From Candidatus Heimdallarchaeota archaeon (GTDB lineage: Archaea > Asgardarchaeota > Heimdallarchaeia > Heimdallarchaeales > Heimdallarchaeaceae), in assembly GCA_019057815.1 (NCBI GenBank), contig JAHLWR010000022.1, forward strand, positions 1 to 63,699: a stretch of DNA of 63,699 nt, read 5' to 3'. The notes beneath the pieces were generated by a model. The model saw only the letters and a list, made by a program, of their open reading frames with translations. It ran no database searches and was not told the DNA's origin. The translations under genes and the position numbers were made by a program. Each line of letters begins with the position of its first letter. Position 1 is the stretch's first letter. This document shows positions 59,238 through 63,699 of this stretch, piece by piece.

Positions 59238-59957
59238 ATGAGTCGAGCAATTGTTCTCTTTTCAGGAGGTTTAGACTCTACAGCTTGTTTATATTGGGCT
59301 TTAAAGAATTATAATGATGTTATCTTGCTAAGTTTTCTTTATGGGAGTAAAGAAGATAAAGCAATTAAAATATGTAATAGCACATTTTCATCTCTTTTTT
59401 CCCTTAAAAATCAAATTATTGATTTACCCTTCCTCTCCAAATTTCTAGCTAAATCAAAATCTAGTTTATCAGTAAAGGGCAGCAAACCCCCTGAGTTCTC
59501 ATCTTTCAAAGATTTAAAAAATGAAGAAATCATTGCACAAACAGCGAAACAAGTTTGGGTTCCTGGAAGAAATCTCCTTTTCCTCTCTATAGCAGCTTCA
59601 TTGGCTGATAGTTTCTCAAATCCAACAGACATAATTTTTGGAGGGAATAAAGAAGAAGCAGCCACTTTTCCAGATAATACAATTGACTTTGTTGAGAAAA
59701 TGAATGATAGCCTAAGATTTGGTTGTATAAATAAAGTTGTGATAAAAGCCCCTTTTATTAGAAAAACTAAAGACGATATTGTTACTTACTTAGCTAAGAC
59801 TAATGCGCAAGTTCAATTTTCTTCATCGTGTTACAATGTTACTGATTGGGAAGAGAGCAATATAGCAGTTCACTGTGGTGTTTGTGAATCATGTTCAAGA
59901 CGTAAAAGAGCTTTCAAGAATGCTAAGATTAAAGATGTGACAGAATATAAAAATTGA
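59238..59957 (+). CDS. queC: 7-cyano-7-deazaguanine synthase QueC
   Basis: SGGLDS, VWVPGRN, FPDN, SCY, HCG.CESC..R. Confidence 0.95.
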   Translation: MSRAIVLFSGGLDSTACLYWALKNYNDVILLSFLYGSKEDKAIKICNSTFSSLFSLKNQIIDLPFLSKFLAKSKSSLSVKGSKPPEFSSFKDLKNEEIIAQTAKQVWVPGRNLLFLSIAASLADSFSNPTDIIFGGNKEEAATFPDNTIDFVEKMNDSLRFGCINKVVIKAPFIRKTKDDIVTYLAKTNAQVQFSSSCYNVTDWEESNIAVHCGVCESCSRRKRAFKNAKIKDVTEYKN

Positions 59958-60005
59958 ATATAGTATAAGAAGAACTTTTATTATACAAATACAGTATGTA
60001 AACTA

Positions 60006-60656
60006 ATGGTGCTTAGAGTATTTAAAGTCAGAAAAGATGGAACATATAGTGAAATAGAAGCAACAAGGGAAGCGCTTCAGAAAGAGCATGGTTCTTTTTT
60101 GATGGTAGATAGAGGAGATAAGAAAATCTATGTTTATAAGAAATTAGGAATCTCAAAATCATTAGCTTATGCAGCTGCTAGAGCAGCTACTAATCTAAAT
60201 ACTAGAAGAGGATCAAAATATAAAGTTGTGAATATCGAACAAGAAGAGCAATTCAAGTTTCTTAGCAATATCTTTGGTGAGACTGAGGAAACTGTCAAAC
60301 CAATTGAAGAGATATCTCCTCTTGAAACTGTTGAAGCTGTAAAGTCATCTTTAATCTATGGTGAAAAAACTTCAACAAAACGAGCAGTTACCAAGCAAAA
60401 AACACCCCAAATATCTGAAAAAACCCTAAAACCACAAGAACAAATCATTATTGCAAAAAAAAGAACTGTTCCAAGTATAAAAATAGCTATAAATGAGGAA
60501 GCTTATGATAGCGAAGAGATTGTTAAAACATTAGCAAGTAGAATGCTATATAATATTAATATTGATACAGCAAAAAATATGATCAAACCGCCAAAAGGTC
60601 AACTTAGATCTATGCTACTAAAACAAATTGATGCCTTACTCGATGAAATATACTAA
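60006..60656 (+). CDS. single gelsolin-like domain protein with C-terminal extension
   Basis: FLMVD....IYVY..G.S....YAAARAA..L......KVVNIEQEE...F pattern of the gelsolin fold. Confidence 0.65.
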   Translation: MVLRVFKVRKDGTYSEIEATREALQKEHGSFLMVDRGDKKIYVYKKLGISKSLAYAAARAATNLNTRRGSKYKVVNIEQEEQFKFLSNIFGETEETVKPIEEISPLETVEAVKSSLIYGEKTSTKRAVTKQKTPQISEKTLKPQEQIIIAKKRTVPSIKIAINEEAYDSEEIVKTLASRMLYNINIDTAKNMIKPPKGQLRSMLLKQIDALLDEIY

Positions 60657-60680
60657 TTACTATCTCAAACTACTGTAATT

Positions 60681-62009
60681 TTATTCATTTCTCTGGAGCT
60701 TAGCTATAAAAAAACCTTCACTGTTATGTAGATGGGGGTACATTTCTTGTGCCTTATTTTCTAGCAGACTAGATTTGAAACCTATAAAGGGAATAGTATT
60801 TCTCAGAGAGAAGTTTTGGTGAGAAGCAAGAAAAGACCTAATTACATGATGATTTTCAGCATGAAACAACGAACATGTAGAATAAACTACAATTCCTTGG
60901 TTTTTAACCATCTTTGCGGCTGCTTCTAATAATTCAGTTTGAAGTTTAGTATACAATCTTAAATCTCTTCTCCTTAAACGCCATTTAATCTCAGGTCTAG
61001 AATTGAAGGTACCTGATGAGGAACAAGGAGGATCTATCAAAATTTTATCAAAAAAACTCATGAATTTTTCGGGAAGATTTCTTGAATCAGATTGTATAGA
61101 CTCTACATTCTTAACACCAAGTAATTCCATACGCTCCAATAAAATACGCATCCTATCTTTATCTATATCTATGGCAACCAAACCTTTTTCATCACCCATC
61201 ATGGAAGCAATTTGCGAGGTTTTACTACCTGGTGAAGCACATAAATCTAAAACATTTTCCCCAGGAGTTGGATCTAAAACAATTGGCACCAAAACTGAAG
61301 CTTTTTGCTGTATCACAATCTTGCCATTCTTAAACTCTTGAAGCTGGGGAATTGGTTTTGCGTTAGAATCACCAATTTTTAGTAGACCTACAATGTCTTT
61401 ATCTTCCTCATACACAATATTATTCTCGTCGAGAGAAGCCTTCACTTCTTCAAGTGTGGTTTTAAGAGTATTAACTCTTATGTAGGTTGGTAAACTAAAC
61501 AGGAGAGAAGATAGCAAATCTTTTGTGAAACTCTCTCCCCACTGTTCAATAAATGTTCTCACAATCCACGTTGGTGTAAAATATTGAAGTGAAATCTTTG
61601 AAGATTCATCTAAACGGTTTACATATAGATCTTCTTCAGTTACATTACTAATTGCTGAAAGAATGTTTAGAAGTTTTACATTCATATATGTAAAATAATG
61701 TGGGGATAAAAGATCATAAACTTGGTCCAAATTTTTTTTCTCAAACTTTAGATAATAGGTAGCAAGACGCAATATTGCTCTCATCTGAAAAGGTATTTTT
61801 TTAGTTGAGAATGCGGATGAACTTAGTTTAATATAGAGATCTACGACATTCAAACGTTTAATTAATTCAAGAACTGTATAATATAACTGAGACTCATCTG
61901 CTTTGGATGCTTGATATTCTTCAATTACTGAACGCAGTGCAACTCGAGCAGATCTACCTGCGTCAATTTCACTCAAACAGTTTATTATGTTAGAAATAAC
62001 TTGTTCCAA
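60681..62009 (-). CDS. RsmB/NOP2-family RNA m5C methyltransferase
   Basis: RVNTLK, LDLCASPGSKT, DPPCSSSG, VYSTCSL, EGFFIAKL. Confidence 0.93.
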   Translation of the reverse strand: MEQVISNIINCLSEIDAGRSARVALRSVIEEYQASKADESQLYYTVLELIKRLNVVDLYIKLSSSAFSTKKIPFQMRAILRLATYYLKFEKKNLDQVYDLLSPHYFTYMNVKLLNILSAISNVTEEDLYVNRLDESSKISLQYFTPTWIVRTFIEQWGESFTKDLLSSLLFSLPTYIRVNTLKTTLEEVKASLDENNIVYEEDKDIVGLLKIGDSNAKPIPQLQEFKNGKIVIQQKASVLVPIVLDPTPGENVLDLCASPGSKTSQIASMMGDEKGLVAIDIDKDRMRILLERMELLGVKNVESIQSDSRNLPEKFMSFFDKILIDPPCSSSGTFNSRPEIKWRLRRRDLRLYTKLQTELLEAAAKMVKNQGIVVYSTCSLFHAENHHVIRSFLASHQNFSLRNTIPFIGFKSSLLENKAQEMYPHLHNSEGFFIAKLQRNE

Positions 62010-62076
62010 GATTTTCCCTCAGCTATTCCCATATCTATAATCACTGCAAAAACTGAATTTAAAAAATATTTGATTC

Positions 62077-62892
62077 CTAGAATGTTTTGTCTTGAATATT
62101 CTTTGTATTTAATAGATGCTCTGATTCCTGTGAATAAAAATATACAGATTCACCGATTTCCAGTTGTAACACTTGTGAAAATTTCCTTAAAGATATATTA
62201 AGGAAGTCAATAAATGGTAGAATTAAGTGGTTTAGTTTATATTGTTTTAGAAAACGCGCTTTTTCTGAATTAAAAGCAAAACTCAATACATTTTCAACTC
62301 CCTCTTTCTTTAATGATTGTAAATCAATCAAAGACAAATCATTCTCTGAAAATATAAAAGTAAACTCACTGTTTTTTGTGCTATTTTGCAAAGCAAGCCA
62401 ATTATTTGTCAAATGACTAAGAGAAGAGAGAAATTCTTCAAAATTTACTTCTGGAATTGTAATTGCTGTAAAAGACCGGGACGAAGGAAGCGTAATTTCT
62501 AATTTTTCTATTCTTTTAAAACCTAGTGTTTGAAGAAAATAGCTAATACCATCATTTGTAGAGTATACCCAGTTTTTTGAAAGGGTCACTGTTCGTATGT
62601 CGTTAAAAACAAGAGATCGTAACAATTCAAAATTCTTTTCTGAAAGCGGTAATTGACTCTTAAAGAGTGGTAAAGATAAAACAGAGACTGCTATATTCAC
62701 CTTCTTTTCCGACATGAAATGTAAAGCACGTAAGGTCACATAAGGAGTAACAACAACTCCTTTTACGTTGATTTTATCAAGTTTATTATCTGAAAACGAT
62801 CCAAATTCAGCCCCATATTCGCTAGAATTAGTGATTTGGCGATCACATAGGTGACTGAGTGTTGTAAGAAATTTACTAAGTTTTAAAGACAT
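62077..62892 (-). CDS. degenerate NIF3/YbgI-like protein
   Basis: YG.EFG...VKGVVVT..VT..AL....K.NIAVS..PL aligns with the NIF3 N-terminus, but the HHP metal ligands are missing. Confidence 0.5.
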   Translation of the reverse strand: MSLKLSKFLTTLSHLCDRQITNSSEYGAEFGSFSDNKLDKINVKGVVVTPYVTLRALHFMSEKKVNIAVSVLSLPLFKSQLPLSEKNFELLRSLVFNDIRTVTLSKNWVYSTNDGISYFLQTLGFKRIEKLEITLPSSRSFTAITIPEVNFEEFLSSLSHLTNNWLALQNSTKNSEFTFIFSENDLSLIDLQSLKKEGVENVLSFAFNSEKARFLKQYKLNHLILPFIDFLNISLRKFSQVLQLEIGESVYFYSQESEHLLNTKNIQDKTF

Positions 62893-63139
62893 TCTAAGAG
62901 AAAAGCTGTAAGCACTAATTAAAGGATTTGGGAGGGATAATTGAAACTGAATGATAATATTGAAATTGAGTTAAAAACCTAAAAAATGTAATAATTATAA
63001 GTGAATATAAGGAATTTCACAGATATGCAAATCTACCTTTTTTGTTTTCACCATTAATATCAATGGCAATATCTAGATATTTGAATGAAAACACAAAAAA
63101 ACTATAGCAAAAATAAAAAGTAAAAAAGAGTTAATACTC

Positions 63140-63538
63140 TTACATACGACGCCCACGGCGCCCACCCTTTCTCCTACATCCATCGTGGGGTAAGGGAGTT
63201 ACATCTTCTAATCTTAGTATTCTCATTTTTGATCTTTTCAAAGCTCTTAGTGCTGCTTGTGTTCCTGGTCCAGGAGTCCTATTCTTATGCCCTCCTGGGG
63301 CTCTATATCTTACATATAGTGCGTATATTCCTTTACTTTGGGCTTCATCTGATGCTGCATTTGCTGCTTTCATTGCTGCATAAGGACTTGATTCGTTTCT
63401 ATCAGCTTTTACGAACATTCCACCGCTTTTTCTGCTAAAAGTTTCAGCACCTGAAATGTCCGTTATATGAATAATAGTATCATTATAACTTGAGAATATG
63501 TGAGCTATACCATATTTGTAATCTTTCCTTCTACTCAT
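63140..63538 (-). CDS. rps11: 30S ribosomal protein S11
   Basis: [40 protein letters not shown]. Confidence 0.97.
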   Translation of the reverse strand: MSRRKDYKYGIAHIFSSYNDTIIHITDISGAETFSRKSGGMFVKADRNESSPYAAMKAANAASDEAQSKGIYALYVRYRAPGGHKNRTPGPGTQAALRALKRSKMRILRLEDVTPLPHDGCRRKGGRRGRRM

Positions 63539-63699
63539 TTTTTATCACCATCTTCTGTTTTGGTATCGGTTTTAGATTTAGATTCAACTTTGGGCTCAGG
63601 TTTAGATTCAACTTTAGGCTCAGGTTTGGATTCAACTTTGGGCTTAGGTTTGGATTCAACTTTGGGCTTAGGTTTGGATTCAACTTTAGGCTCAGGTTT
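63535..63699 (-). CDS. 3' end of the gene upstream of rps11 (probably uS4) with a KP(E/K)PKVES repeat tail
   Basis: Open frame (KPxPKVES)x5[14 protein letters not shown]; stop overlaps the rps11 start (ATGA); identity inferred only from the conserved rps13-rps4-rps11 order. Confidence 0.6.
   Translation of the reverse strand, partial: KPEPKVESKPKPKVESKPKPKVESKPEPKVESKPEPKVESKSKTDTKTEDGDKK
63580..63699 (-). repeat. 24-bp in-frame tandem repeat, at least 5 copies (runs off the window)
   Basis: Unit aaacct(g/a)agcc(t/c)aaagttgaatc(c/t) on the minus strand. Confidence 0.92.

Noticed and set aside
56288-59957. dpd-type DNA 7-deazaguanine modification/defence island
   Set aside because: No dpdA/dpdB, helicase, nuclease or mobility genes nearby; housekeeping context favours tRNA archaeosine precursor synthesis
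63580-63699. 24-bp repeats as a CRISPR array
   Set aside because: Units are contiguous with no unique spacers, are in frame, and no cas genes are present

Overview
AT-rich (about 30% GC by eye), gene-dense archaeal chromosome segment, most likely from an Asgard archaeon (probably Heimdallarchaeia; inferred). Archaeal informational genes (rpl15e, rps6e, rps15, rps3ae, rps24e, rps27ae, rps11, TFB, Rpo7, Spt4, aIF2-gamma, PolB1, RadA, ABCE1, RNase P Pop5/Rpp30, Pcc1, IleRS) are interspersed with eukaryotic-signature proteins: a UEV-Vps23/TSG101-like ESCRT-I subunit, a ubiquitin E2, two Rab-like GTPases, a roadblock protein, a gelsolin-domain protein, a WD40 protein and a TRAP-beta-like protein. 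I saw no rRNA, tRNA, CRISPR array or transposase. Main observations beyond the ORF track: (1) two unannotated intergenic double-kink-turn, box C/D-like guide RNAs with non-canonical but compensated boxes (9513-9579 + and 37054-37123 -); the first has guides complementary to the 23S rRNA P-loop (predicting the conserved Gm2251 site) and helix 93; (2) a preQ0/7-deazaguanine operon with an embedded DUF366 ligase-fold gene and an unusual Cx11Cx2C QueE; (3) a roadblock / dead KaiC-like ATPase / coiled-coil-wHTH / Rab-like GTPase module; (4) several apparent pseudo-enzymes, including a Cdc45-like inactive GAN; (5) three small ORFs missing from the track (eS31, a 50-aa ORF before the E2, a 41-aa ORF before a TrmB/coiled-coil gene). 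All family assignments come from motif recognition by eye, without database searches.
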